Source: Bdellovibrionales bacterium (GTDB taxonomy: Bacteria > Bdellovibrionota > Bdellovibrionia > Bdellovibrionales > JAGQZY01). From it: a stretch of DNA of 64,000 nt. The DNA lies in the NCBI GenBank assembly GCA_031426555.1, contig JANPLN010000054.1, positions 14,409-78,408 of the forward strand, in the 5' to 3' direction. The position numbers and the translations under genes were made by a program. Positions 18,195 through 28,322 of the stretch are shown here, piece by piece (the stretch's first letter is position 1; each line of letters starts with the position of its first letter). Under the pieces are notes generated by a model that saw only the letters and a list, made by a program, of their open reading frames with translations, did not search any database and was not told the origin of the DNA.

Positions 18195-19807
18195 TTTTTC
18201 ACCGCCTGACATCCTTTAATAACGTCAACTTTGTATTTTCCGATTTCGTCAAACCAAACTTGGCCGTTTTCTGCAGGAAACGTGATTTGATCCCTTGCAT
18301 CCGCAATGGTGGTTCCCTTTTTTTCGATGGCTTTGGAGTCTAGCGCAGCCTGAACCACTTTTTGCGCAGTTATAGCTTGTTGAAGCACTTCCGCTTCTAC
18401 GATGTGCATTTTTTGTAGAAGACGGTGAATATCGGATATCTCTTCGTTAGCGAGTGCTTTAAATCGTGCATAAGCTGCACTTCGAGCATCACTCAACTGC
18501 GCGTCGATTGACTGTTTAAAGCGTGTTAAGTTCTCGCCTGAGGCCTGCGTCGCAAGTTCTGGATTCACAGTGAAAGACCTTTTGTAAATACCCATGGCGA
18601 TGTCGGACTCGCGCTCAAATTCTCGCTCCAGAAGAATGGCCTTATGGAGAGACTCATCGCGCGACACCAGGCGAGGAAGACTTGCTGCCATTTTGCCAAG
18701 TTCGGTTATTTTCAAACGCTGCTTTTTTGTTTTCGCGATAAATTCTTTAACGGTTGGCGTATTTGCATCTTGGGCAAGTTTTAACATTTCGCCAGTTTTT
18801 GGCTTAAAGCGCTCACGAAAAGTGGCCAGAGTTTTTAAAACGCCAGGATAGTCACAGACTTTGAGTTGACCTAAGGACCGTAAAAAAACCGTCTCTGCCC
18901 CCACGATGGATTGCAGTTCTGGCATTAACAAACTCTCTGTGACCGCCAATGTATTTTGTGGCTCGCCCTTAAGCAGGTACGACCACCCCATTTCTTCTTG
19001 CGCGTCCAACCAAAATTCTGACTTTGTTGGAATTTTTTTGTAGTACTTAGCTGCCGCATCCATATATCCGTTTTCAAATAACATGCGGGCGGCAGTCATG
19101 TTCATCAAATCCATACCCACTGGGTTTTCGGGTGTGGTCATGAGACTGTTTAAAAGTTTTGCGGCAGTCACCGAGTCACCGGCCATGGCCAGCGAAAGCA
19201 CCAGTTGCCACTGGATGGCGGCGCGATCTCGCGTGCCCGGTGCTGAGGATTTAATAATATTTTTAAGCTCTTCCACATCTTTTGCCGAAAAAACTTTGTT
19301 GGACTTTACTTGCACTTCCACCGACGGACTAAAAATCGGAGTCCAGCCAGGAGCCCACTGAATTCGCGCTAATTTCCAAACTGTGTGATTGTCATGCAGC
19401 ATCTCGCGCAGTGGCTCGGCCAGAACTTTTGATAATTTTTTTGGATCCACCTGAGCGAAAAGCGTTTCCACTCCGAATACGGTCATGCCATTTTTTAAAA
19501 ATAAATAAACGAGCAGTCCCTGCCCATTGGCTGTTTTATGATCTGACGATTTTCCAAAAGCTTCGAAGTATTGCAACAGTGCTTTTTCAAACTCGCCGTT
19601 TTGCATAAGACCGAAAAGAATATTTTGTTCGGCGGTGGTTTTAGGAAAGAGAGCTTTAAACGGCGACGTCTCCGCTCCTACTTGCTGCTTCATTTCTTTT
19701 TCTGTTTTAGGCTTTCCGGAATCCCCACCTAAAATCGATAATACATCATCGTCAGCATTGGCTGAGACCGTGAGCAAACAGGCCGCGATAATTAAGATTT
19801 TTTTCAT
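18191..19807 (-). CDS. Exported TPR protein (GltC-like)
   Basis: Signal peptide (SANA/D), TPR helices, C-terminal VWFDEIGKYKVDVIKGC resembles the GltC C-terminus. Confidence 0.7.
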   Translation of the reverse strand: MKKILIIAACLLTVSANADDDVLSILGGDSGKPKTEKEMKQQVGAETSPFKALFPKTTAEQNILFGLMQNGEFEKALLQYFEAFGKSSDHKTANGQGLLVYLFLKNGMTVFGVETLFAQVDPKKLSKVLAEPLREMLHDNHTVWKLARIQWAPGWTPIFSPSVEVQVKSNKVFSAKDVEELKNIIKSSAPGTRDRAAIQWQLVLSLAMAGDSVTAAKLLNSLMTTPENPVGMDLMNMTAARMLFENGYMDAAAKYYKKIPTKSEFWLDAQEEMGWSYLLKGEPQNTLAVTESLLMPELQSIVGAETVFLRSLGQLKVCDYPGVLKTLATFRERFKPKTGEMLKLAQDANTPTVKEFIAKTKKQRLKITELGKMAASLPRLVSRDESLHKAILLEREFERESDIAMGIYKRSFTVNPELATQASGENLTRFKQSIDAQLSDARSAAYARFKALANEEISDIHRLLQKMHIVEAEVLQQAITAQKVVQAALDSKAIEKKGTTIADARDQITFPAENGQVWFDEIGKYKVDVIKGCQAVKK

Positions 19808-20490
19808 AGGAGATATCCCAACTGAAGGCTCGCCACAACGTTATCTAAGTCCACACCCTTGTCGTATCTTTGCGCTTCATAGGTTTGATAGCGCACTTCG
19901 AAACGCGACGAAAAATGCTGACTCCACCAAAGACCCACGCCACCACCGGCGGACCAGGTTGGTGTTGTTCCGCTTCGCAAATTGATGTTTCCATAACCTA
20001 AACTCCCGTACAGATCGAAGTGCGTGATACCGATGTTCATGGTGTTCATTTTTCCGTAGATAGGATAAAAATTGACGAAACCCATCACTGAGTCTGTAGG
20101 AAAATCCATGTCGGGGATAATTCCTTTGTCGTTGGCATCCACGTCGTTGATTAAATTTTCGCCTTCTTTGTTCAGCGCGTTTGAAAACTTAGCGTATCTC
20201 GCCCCAACGCTGATCCAAGGGACAATGTGGAGTTGCGCCGTGAGCCCGTAAGCCGTGGTGTCCATGTAGGCATCGCCACCCGTGAAGGCCGACAGTTCCG
20301 GTGCGAGCTCAACCCGCATTCTGCGATCCACCACACGCTGCTGAACAACCGTCACATTGAGATCGGGATGCAAAGCTTTTGCGGTGTCGAACAAGTCTTT
20401 GTTTTCACCGAGGCCATCGAAATCCTTCATGACGTCGGCGTTGGCCCATTGTGAACTTGCGAATATAAGTATAAAAATAATTTTTTTCAT
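19804..20490 (-). CDS. Outer-membrane beta-barrel protein (GltA/GltB/GltH-like)
   Basis: Signal peptide, VVQQRVVDRRMRVEL, FYPIYGKMN, HFDLY, amphipathic strands, terminal LGYLL. Confidence 0.8.
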   Translation of the reverse strand: MKKIIFILIFASSQWANADVMKDFDGLGENKDLFDTAKALHPDLNVTVVQQRVVDRRMRVELAPELSAFTGGDAYMDTTAYGLTAQLHIVPWISVGARYAKFSNALNKEGENLINDVDANDKGIIPDMDFPTDSVMGFVNFYPIYGKMNTMNIGITHFDLYGSLGYGNINLRSGTTPTWSAGGGVGLWWSQHFSSRFEVRYQTYEAQRYDKGVDLDNVVASLQLGYLL

Positions 20491-20523
20491 AAAATCTCCG
20501 ATTTCGACGATACGTTTAGCTGA

Positions 20524-21744
20524 TCAGTTGAGTTGAATCGTTCCTTTAAAAACTTGTTCTTTGTAGTCCACGTCGTTGGTGATTGGACTGCTGTTTCGCG
20601 CCTTATATTCGATAATTTTATCCCCCAAAAGCTCATCCACTGAAACATCCCATTGGATGGTACAGAGGAATGTTGACTGTGGCTTACCAAAACTCGCAGG
20701 CACTGCTTTGCAGGAGCACATTGGTTTTGATTGCGATCCCAGCGCCGAACATTGCGTGATAAAATCCACGGCCATGCGTCCCTCGGCCTTTGGATCTAAT
20801 ACAGTAAAAGTATAGGTGTTGCCTGTGCCAACCTTAAAGATGACGTTCTCTGTCCACGTGGTCACTGGCGCAGAAACCGACGTCCAAACAGGGAGGACCA
20901 CATTGTAGGGATTGGACTGAACGGAATTCCCCGAAAGCGCCACTACATCAAAATATCCCGTGCTTGTGGCCTTGGTGATTTCGATTTCTGAAAGATTGAT
21001 GGAAACATCAAAGTACCATTTGCCAAGTTTTTCGTCCATTAAGGTGGTTCTATCAATTTTGATAAACGGAGCCAGACTCACACCTGAGCTCTTCGATAAG
21101 AACAGCAGCGTCGGGCGCTCGCCATTGACGTCTTTTGATTCCATATCTTCGATATTCACACCAAACTTAGAAACGATGCCCGACTCTTTAACGTTGGAGG
21201 GAAGACCCGTCACACTTAAAATTCTCGGCACAGCAAACGCTTCGTTATAAATAAGTATTGGAATATTTGTTTTGTACGAGTAATTTTCTGCAAGATTTGT
21301 CGTTGCGATAGCAACTTCTAAAGTGACAATCAGCTTGTCGCTAAAGACAAAACCAACAGGCGGTTTCCATTTAAAGGTGAGGGAGGCTTGGATCCCGGCG
21401 GTGGTATCGCCCGCCGTCGTGGTGACAGTGGCCCCCTTAAACTCAGCGAGGTTTACGGCCTCTATTTGATACATGGAATCTTTAAACATATTACCACCGG
21501 TGATGGTGAATTCTGTTTCTACGCCTTCACGAAAAACATATCCCCCGGAGGTGGAGTAAATTTTTAATACATCCTGTGCCAGCGGTTTATCTGGTGGTGG
21601 TTTTGGCTTAAATGGCGTCTCACCCGCCTTGACTGCATCGGATTGATCGGCCAATGGATCAGAATCACCAAAAGGATCTGATCCGCAGGCATTGATAAAG
21701 CCAGTGATTGCAATAAGTGTTAAAATTTTATAGACGCTTTTCAT
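20524..21744 (-). CDS. Beta-rich (Ig/cadherin-like) lipoprotein of the gliding cluster
   Basis: Lipobox INAC, Pro-rich linker, beta-sandwich-like repeats (LTFKWKPP), Cys-rich C-terminus. Confidence 0.65.
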   Translation of the reverse strand: MKSVYKILTLIAITGFINACGSDPFGDSDPLADQSDAVKAGETPFKPKPPPDKPLAQDVLKIYSTSGGYVFREGVETEFTITGGNMFKDSMYQIEAVNLAEFKGATVTTTAGDTTAGIQASLTFKWKPPVGFVFSDKLIVTLEVAIATTNLAENYSYKTNIPILIYNEAFAVPRILSVTGLPSNVKESGIVSKFGVNIEDMESKDVNGERPTLLFLSKSSGVSLAPFIKIDRTTLMDEKLGKWYFDVSINLSEIEITKATSTGYFDVVALSGNSVQSNPYNVVLPVWTSVSAPVTTWTENVIFKVGTGNTYTFTVLDPKAEGRMAVDFITQCSALGSQSKPMCSCKAVPASFGKPQSTFLCTIQWDVSVDELLGDKIIEYKARNSSPITNDVDYKEQVFKGTIQLN

Positions 21745-21753
21745 AGTTTCCCC

Positions 21754-22875
21754 TTACCCATTGTTTGCACGTTTAAAAGAGAACGGATAAGAGACTTTTA
21801 CGTCAACTCCACCGTATGGAAGTGGAAACTTCCAACTTCGTAAACGCAACAAGATACAGTCTTCAATTTGTTTCGAATTTAATGTTGTATTCTCAACGTC
21901 TGCCAGTTTGATTTGTCCATTGGAGCCAATGACAAACTTCACACCCACGCGGCCCGACAAGGAAGCATCGAGCTGCAGTCCTTGCTCATAGCAGAAACGA
22001 ATTTGACCCATGTTTCTTTGAATCACTCCGTCGATCACATCGCGATCCAGACCACCGTCTATGATCGCTTCTCGACCCAGTGGGATCGGCATATTTCCAG
22101 CTGATCCCGCCATACTTAACTTACCGTAACCTGCTTGTCCGCCACCTTTGCCTTTGGTGCCGTAACCACCACCACCGGCCATGTTGGCGCCAGCTCCGAG
22201 CGGTGCGGATACCAGGCCTTTGCCGTAGATGGAAGTTTGCACGCCGCCGCTGCCTGCGGTTCCACCAAGGCCCGGGCCCGCCGTTGTGTTGACGGCATTG
22301 AGATTGAGTCCACCTTTTTGCGGACTTTTATTTAAACTTCCCAAAACCGCCAGCGCGCCCAATCTTTTAATGCCATTGAATGTTTTTTTGGTTTCGGTCG
22401 TTTTAACGGTGGCTTGATCTTTTTTAACCACGGGTTGCTTTGCAGTTTCGCGAGGTGGAATCTTTTTTACAATCTGTACCACTTGCTGCTTAAGCTCTTC
22501 TTTTAAATCCTCAGAGGGTCCGGCCATTCGCATGATTGTCATGAGACCGCCGTTGAGTAGGAATACAAACAAAGCGATGATGTAGATGAGTTTATTGTTA
22601 TCTTTAGTCACCTGCGGCGCGTGCACCACTTCGTCCACCTGGCTGACCAAAGCCAGTTCGTTATCGCCCTCGAGATGAATCGAACGGTTTTTGATGATCT
22701 GTGGATCCACCACTGTGAGGTGACGGTAGTGTATTTTATTGCGATCCAAAAGTTTGAGATCCGAATGCAGCTCCACGCGCCGGTTATCTTCGCGACAGAT
22801 CACATGCGCCAGTTGTCCATCCCAATGGAAAACTCGGGCTACTTTATCTTTGTTTTTTAAAACAAGTTTTTTCAC
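21754..22875 (-). CDS. AgmX/PglI (TonB-C-like) C-terminal domain protein (GltG-like)
   Basis: Single TM, Gly-rich linker, LDRDVIDGVIQRNMGQIRFCYEQGL…GRVGVKFVI…WKFPLP.GG…V.YPF. Confidence 0.85.
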   Translation of the reverse strand: MKKLVLKNKDKVARVFHWDGQLAHVICREDNRRVELHSDLKLLDRNKIHYRHLTVVDPQIIKNRSIHLEGDNELALVSQVDEVVHAPQVTKDNNKLIYIIALFVFLLNGGLMTIMRMAGPSEDLKEELKQQVVQIVKKIPPRETAKQPVVKKDQATVKTTETKKTFNGIKRLGALAVLGSLNKSPQKGGLNLNAVNTTAGPGLGGTAGSGGVQTSIYGKGLVSAPLGAGANMAGGGGYGTKGKGGGQAGYGKLSMAGSAGNMPIPLGREAIIDGGLDRDVIDGVIQRNMGQIRFCYEQGLQLDASLSGRVGVKFVIGSNGQIKLADVENTTLNSKQIEDCILLRLRSWKFPLPYGGVDVKVSYPFSFKRANNG

Positions 22876-22910
22876 GATATCCCTCTCATTTGTCGCATCC
22901 GATGTGACCT

Positions 22911-23192
22911 CTAGTAGCGTGCTGCCGATTGTTGAATACGATCTTTAAAATCTTTTCGCACCTGTAAAAGGCCGTCCAAAACTTTATCTTGCTCCACTGT
23001 GGTTACGGCCTCACCAGTGAAGTGATACTTCCCTTGCACGAGGAGCTCGTCGAAACTCATGTCAGTTGATTTTTTATCAGAATTTTTATTGGGCGCAGGC
23101 TGTGACTGCTGGCTCTTGCCACTTGCTTTATCAGTGGCCGTCTCTGGTGCTGCCCCCACAATTCCCACAATAAAAATAAATGCTGCTATCAC
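22911..23192 (-). CDS. Small exported protein (GltF/CglF-like)
   Basis: 93 aa, signal, MSFDELLVQGK…LLQVRKDFKDRIQQS pattern; sits between the large TPR and GltG-like genes. Confidence 0.65.
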   Translation of the reverse strand: MIAAFIFIVGIVGAAPETATDKASGKSQQSQPAPNKNSDKKSTDMSFDELLVQGKYHFTGEAVTTVEQDKVLDGLLQVRKDFKDRIQQSAARY

Positions 23193-23200
23193 AATTCCCC

Positions 23201-26140
23201 CTATTTAATTTCGATAGAATCCAAACGGCTTTGTAAATAGGCCACCATGGAACTCCGACCCAATTGTTTTTCGAATGTTAATAATTGTTGCAAACGAGTT
23301 TTATCAAACGGCGATTCGCGCACTTGCTGGCGAAGTTTTTCCACTTCGGCAATGGCTGGCTGGGCGGGAGCTGCAGCGGCCACAGTGCGCACGATGAGTA
23401 AACTTTGCAGCTCCGCAGGGACAACCGCCTTGACCACATCCAACTCTTTCACAGAAATGGCGCGCATCGGCTCCACCTGATTTTGCACGTTGTCGCTAAA
23501 TTTAGCGAAAGCGTCTTTGTTTTTATAGATTTCCGCAAGCTTCCCCTGAATGTCATTGGCTTTGGTCTGATGGGGAGCCGCTTGTTCGGACAATAAGCCT
23601 AGATATTGCTGTTCTTCCTCTGCAGAAAGACCGGCTGGGACGGGCAATGATAGGACTTCGTTGTAAAAACGTTGATGCTCTTGAGCTAAAAGATTTAGCA
23701 ATACAATTTGTGAGGCCCATTCTTGCTGGTCCACTGCACGACTTGCTAACTTTTCGGTTTCTTCCATGAGCGCTACTCGTGATTTTAAACTTTGCGCCAG
23801 CTTTTTTTGATTCGACGATTCTAATACAGACTTAGAAAGTTTTTCTTTTTGCGTGAGATATTTGGCCATAAGCTCCGCGCGAACTGCCGACTTTCCAAAA
23901 GGCGTGACGATAAACTGAGTGCCGCTGGTGATCGGCGCGAGCAAAACTAACTTGCCAGTTTTCGCATAAACTTCGTACACCGCTTCAGTATAAAACTCAG
24001 GCTTTTTAAGCAGTAGATTTTTATAGGCTTCGAGGTCTTTTTCGGGCTGCTTCGATGTTTTCACAATCTGAGCCACCACGGCCAACGTTTTGTCTGTGTC
24101 TTTTGATTCTTTAACAAATTGCTTATAATAAGACGAAGAGTCTTTTTGTGCTAAATCCGCAAGCACAGCCATCTTTAACGAGCGCCCCGCAGGATCAGTA
24201 TCTTTTACCACGACCTTTTCGGTGGTGGCGAGAGCTGTTGCGAAGTCAAATTGCAGCTCAGCCAGCCATGCCTTTCGCGAAAGCGCAAACTGCATATCTT
24301 CCTGCGAAACTCCCGGTTGACGAATCAGCTGATCGGCGGCATCCCGTGCCTCGGGAAGCTTTCGCAATTTTTCTGCGAGAATTAATTTATTTTTTAAATA
24401 AACATTTTTCTCCTCTTGTGTGGCACCTGTTCCATCGAAGCGATTTAAAGTGATCCAAGCCTTATCCAGATCTTGGCTCGCCGCTTGCTGAGAGGATTGT
24501 GTGAGGACAGATTTTCGCGCAAGTCCCAAAAACGCAGCCGCTTGGGTTGGTAGCGCCGAAGAAAGTTCTTTGGACCAGGCTTCGAGGCGTGTGTCGTCTT
24601 TAAGTACAACAAGTGAGTCTAAGGACAGCTCTGCGGCCTTTGAGCGAATGTCTGCTGACGCTTTTTTATCAAGAGCTAAGGCACGCATCTGTTCGGCCGC
24701 TGCACCGTACTGACCCGCCTCATAAACCATGTGCGCACGTTGGTAACGGACATCCATTTCTTTTTTGCGCTCAATACTTAGATCTAAGTAGGCTTGGGTG
24801 GTTTTGTCGACAAGGGAGTTGTTCTTGCTGAGCTCTGCATTTTCGATGGCTGCAAGTAACGATACTTCTAACCAGTCCTTCCGAGCTTTCTCCATCTTGG
24901 GCTGACTTTTTGCTTCTTGCGAAAGTGCGGTGGCCACTAGCAGGTTTTCACGCACGGAAAGCTCGTAGTCTTTTAACTGAGCCGCAACCTGGGCTTGCCA
25001 CAAGCGCATATCAACTTCCGACGGAAAGACCGCTAAATATTTTTGGTACGACTCCAGGAGCTCTTGCGAAGGAGACTTTTTCTCCATGGTGTTCCAATCG
25101 AGAACAAATTGGCGCAAGCGAACTTTGAGCTGTTTGCACGTATCATCAACACAATTCCCTAAGCCACTCCAAAGTGACAAGGCAGTTTCGTAGTCACGCG
25201 CGGCCTCTTTGCGATTCTGATGGGCCGCTTGCAATTGTGCTAAGTGGACGTGACCTTCCATGCGGGCTTTGGGTTCCGACTGACGCTGAATCGAGAATCT
25301 CCAGGCAGAGATGGCCGCCGGCACTTGGCCCAAGCGTTCGTATTCTGAAGCCAAGTAAGAAAGATGTGCAAGCTTTGCGTTGTCTGGACTGAGTTTATAG
25401 AGCGTATTGAGTTCTGCTTCGTTAAACGGTCGGCGCGCGAGAAATGTTGCCAAATCGCGAGAAACCTCTTCTTGAAATTGGATATCTAAGGAGATCACTC
25501 CGGACTGGGAGCGCGACAAGAGCTCTGGTGTCTGTAGGACTTTTTTAAGTTCCACAACACCTTGCTCCACTTGTCCTTGATTAAAGTAGCACCAGCCAGC
25601 TCTGTAGGTAGCCAGGCCTTTTTGCGACGATGACGATTGCATGACTTTTTTGTAAAAACCTAAGGCCTGAGCGTAATTTCGTTTTTTAAAATAAATTTCT
25701 GCCAGACTGAGCTGCGCTTCGGAAGAGATTTTTTCGTTTTTGTCATTGAGCAAAGACTCGTAGATGGCCATGGCCTTACTCTCTTGACCACTGAGCTCAT
25801 GCAAATGCCCGATTTGCGTATTGACGCGGGCTTTTTGCTCATTCTCCAACGTTGGTAAAACTTCGTTGTACAAACGGATGGCTTTTTCGCGATCTTTGCT
25901 TCCTGCGGTGCAAACTGTGCAGCCTTGATTGAGCTCTTTCATGGAAAGGCGACGCGCGCGCTCCGCATGCAAATCGGCAAGGCGAAGAGTGATGGACGCC
26001 CGGGAAGTGTCCGAAGGGGGCAGATTTAAATTCACTTGCGTGAGCTTCTCTATGAGTTTTTCCTGCGCCATCTCGTCGAGATTCTGCGCCAAACTCTGAA
26101 AACTTAAAAAAAGAATTGTAGCAAAAATAAAACCCTTCAT
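23201..26140 (-). CDS. Large exported TPR protein (GltD/AgmU-like)
   Basis: 979 aa, signal peptide, many TPR repeats, LRLADLHAERAR, C-terminal PVPAGLSAEEEQQY. Confidence 0.8.
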   Translation of the reverse strand: MKGFIFATILFLSFQSLAQNLDEMAQEKLIEKLTQVNLNLPPSDTSRASITLRLADLHAERARRLSMKELNQGCTVCTAGSKDREKAIRLYNEVLPTLENEQKARVNTQIGHLHELSGQESKAMAIYESLLNDKNEKISSEAQLSLAEIYFKKRNYAQALGFYKKVMQSSSSQKGLATYRAGWCYFNQGQVEQGVVELKKVLQTPELLSRSQSGVISLDIQFQEEVSRDLATFLARRPFNEAELNTLYKLSPDNAKLAHLSYLASEYERLGQVPAAISAWRFSIQRQSEPKARMEGHVHLAQLQAAHQNRKEAARDYETALSLWSGLGNCVDDTCKQLKVRLRQFVLDWNTMEKKSPSQELLESYQKYLAVFPSEVDMRLWQAQVAAQLKDYELSVRENLLVATALSQEAKSQPKMEKARKDWLEVSLLAAIENAELSKNNSLVDKTTQAYLDLSIERKKEMDVRYQRAHMVYEAGQYGAAAEQMRALALDKKASADIRSKAAELSLDSLVVLKDDTRLEAWSKELSSALPTQAAAFLGLARKSVLTQSSQQAASQDLDKAWITLNRFDGTGATQEEKNVYLKNKLILAEKLRKLPEARDAADQLIRQPGVSQEDMQFALSRKAWLAELQFDFATALATTEKVVVKDTDPAGRSLKMAVLADLAQKDSSSYYKQFVKESKDTDKTLAVVAQIVKTSKQPEKDLEAYKNLLLKKPEFYTEAVYEVYAKTGKLVLLAPITSGTQFIVTPFGKSAVRAELMAKYLTQKEKLSKSVLESSNQKKLAQSLKSRVALMEETEKLASRAVDQQEWASQIVLLNLLAQEHQRFYNEVLSLPVPAGLSAEEEQQYLGLLSEQAAPHQTKANDIQGKLAEIYKNKDAFAKFSDNVQNQVEPMRAISVKELDVVKAVVPAELQSLLIVRTVAAAAPAQPAIAEVEKLRQQVRESPFDKTRLQQLLTFEKQLGRSSMVAYLQSRLDSIEIK

Positions 26141-26152
26141 GCCCCCGCCTTA

Positions 26153-26659
26153 TTACTTCATCAAAATCGCAAATTTAATATCGCTAAATCCTGCATTTCC
26201 TGTGGCCAAGATAATCGCATTCATTTGTGTAAACTGAACGCGCCGATCTGCTTGCAGGGTTACAATTCCAGGAAACTCAGTGTCCGGATGCAATTCTTTG
26301 TGCTGCTCCCGCAAACCCATGAGCGCAGCTACAAGATCCGCCTCTTTAATTTCTTTATCTTCCAAAAAAAGTTTTTCCCCGTCGATTTTAATCACCGGAT
26401 TTCTCTCGATGATATCGCCAAGGGCTGCTTTAGGCAGTTCCATGTCTTTACCGAGAGTGAGCAATTCACCTGTTGAGGAAAAACTCATCAGCAAAAAGAT
26501 CACCAAGATCGAGAACGCGTCGATCAGCGCTGTTAGTAACAAATCTGAAAAAATATTTCTTTTTTCTCTGGCGTGCTTCGGATTCAAAATCGAAGCCCCA
26601 GCAAGAGTATGAAAAAGTGTTGGTTTTACCAATGAATTACCGGCGGCATTTGACATCAT
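26153..26659 (-). CDS. ExbD/TolR family protein (AglS-like)
   Basis: TM LLLTALIDAFSILVIFLL with conserved Asp; LQADRRV; AGFSDIKF. Confidence 0.88.
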   Translation of the reverse strand: MMSNAAGNSLVKPTLFHTLAGASILNPKHAREKRNIFSDLLLTALIDAFSILVIFLLMSFSSTGELLTLGKDMELPKAALGDIIERNPVIKIDGEKLFLEDKEIKEADLVAALMGLREQHKELHPDTEFPGIVTLQADRRVQFTQMNAIILATGNAGFSDIKFAILMK

Positions 26660-27111
26660 AACGGCGACACTCCTAAATCGATAAGACCATTTCTTTTAAA
26701 TTGATCCATGAGAGCGATCATATCTTCGTAGACCGACTGGGCCTGTGGCTGAATCAATGCAGTTCGCAAATCGGGCTCAAACGTTTTAAGTTCCTGTACC
26801 GCTGACTCTAAATCAGCGAAGTTGGTTTTTCCTTCGACGCCTCTAACGACAAATTTGCGCAGCTTCATCGGGACTTTTTCGCTATCTTGAATGTTGATGG
26901 CAAGCTCTCCCCCATTTCCCATATTGACCCACAGTGTGGGCTTTTTGGGAGTTTCGCTGGCTGGCTGTCCACCCACGGCTTGTTTCACATCCAGTGTTCC
27001 GACCTGCACCCACACCGCTGTTAATAGCAGAAAGCAAATGCACGCCGAAAGAAGATCAATAAATGGAATCAAATTGATTTCAAAATCCAAATGTTTTTTT
27101 CCGCGCTTCAT
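26656..27111 (-). CDS. ExbD/TolR family protein (AglQ-like)
   Basis: EINLIPFIDLLSACICFLL with conserved Asp; YEDMIALMD. Confidence 0.88.
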   Translation of the reverse strand: MKRGKKHLDFEINLIPFIDLLSACICFLLLTAVWVQVGTLDVKQAVGGQPASETPKKPTLWVNMGNGGELAINIQDSEKVPMKLRKFVVRGVEGKTNFADLESAVQELKTFEPDLRTALIQPQAQSVYEDMIALMDQFKRNGLIDLGVSPL

Positions 27112-27140
27112 TGAAGGCCCCCCGAGGAAAAAGTTACTGA

Positions 27141-27821
27141 TTACTCAGCAGAAGTATTTTTGTAACGCAAACCTTTTACTGTCATTGGATCGTAGGCATA
27201 GCTTAAAAGATTAAACGCCTTCAAAGCCCCTTGCGTGAGTTCTTCCATCAACACATTCGTGCGGTTGACAAGAATCGCGTAGGCAACGAGCGCCGGAATG
27301 GCGGTGATCAGTCCGTAAGCGGTGGCATTCATGGCTTCGGAAATACCAGCAGACAAGAGGGCCGCTTTTTCAGAGGGATTTGCATAGGAGACCGCCGCAA
27401 ATGACTTGATCATCCCAGTGATTGTACCAAGGAGGCCAGTGAGCGTTGCCACGTTTCCAAGCATCGATAAAAACGAAGTGCGTTTATCAAGGGCTGCGTT
27501 TTCGGCGATAAGAACTTCGTCCATGCGGCCTTGAATTTCTTCTTTACCACCCAAATTTTTAGCGGCTGTTGCCCCAGCAAAAATAGCAGTTGCCAACGTG
27601 TTTTCGCGCATGCTTTGAGTTTTTTGAATCACCTGTTCAATATCTCCGCGGCGAATCGTATCTTCCATTTGCGAAACAAACTCAACGTTGTTGGTTTTGC
27701 GCTTCATAAATAAAAAGTACACGCGCTCAATGATGATTGCGATAGAGATCAATTGAATGATCATGATCGGATACATCCAGAATCCGCCTTGTTCAAATGC
27801 CATTGCGATTTTTGCTAACAT
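27141..27821 (-). CDS. MotA/TolQ/ExbB proton-channel protein (AglR-like)
   Basis: ATLTGLLGTITGMIKSF, GISEAMNATAYGLITAIP. Confidence 0.93.
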   Translation of the reverse strand: MLAKIAMAFEQGGFWMYPIMIIQLISIAIIIERVYFLFMKRKTNNVEFVSQMEDTIRRGDIEQVIQKTQSMRENTLATAIFAGATAAKNLGGKEEIQGRMDEVLIAENAALDKRTSFLSMLGNVATLTGLLGTITGMIKSFAAVSYANPSEKAALLSAGISEAMNATAYGLITAIPALVAYAILVNRTNVLMEELTQGALKAFNLLSYAYDPMTVKGLRYKNTSAE

Positions 27822-28007
27822 TAACTTCCCCCTGTAGATTGATCGTTCTGTGAAAAATCAAAACACAATCACAACTGACTTCAAACCAAAATTTAAAATT
27901 AGGCCTAACATGTGAAAAAATAATGGGTTGCGCCAACAAAACTTACAGAGACTTAAGATGTTTTGCTTACAAAATAGGATAGTATTCTTAAATAGTGTGA
28001 ATACGGA

Positions 28008-28322
28008 TCACGGTTTTTTAGAATCAGTGAATTTTTTCAGAAGCTGTTGATTGAGGCCATCCACATCGACGCGGGATGGGGTATTTTGAAATTTGTCTTT
28101 GACGGCCTTTCCCAAAACTCGGCTGGTTCGGTGATAAAAACCGCAAACACTACAAAGGCTTAAATGCAATTGCAGCTGGAGCCAGAGGCGCCAGGTTTTT
28201 TTATCATTTTTCAGTTCCATGAACTCCACGGCGTGCTTGCAGGTTAAGGCAAACTCCTCTCCCCGAGGCGAGGCCATTTTGTAATACAGATCATGCCAAA
28301 GCTGGCGAAGTTTTTTTCTCAT
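28008..28322 (-). CDS. Zinc-binding anti-sigma (ZAS, zf-HC2) factor
   Basis: LTCKH…HLSLCSVC (Hx3Cx2C); coupled to the ECF sigma; no TM. Confidence 0.8.
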   Translation of the reverse strand: MRKKLRQLWHDLYYKMASPRGEEFALTCKHAVEFMELKNDKKTWRLWLQLQLHLSLCSVCGFYHRTSRVLGKAVKDKFQNTPSRVDVDGLNQQLLKKFTDSKKP

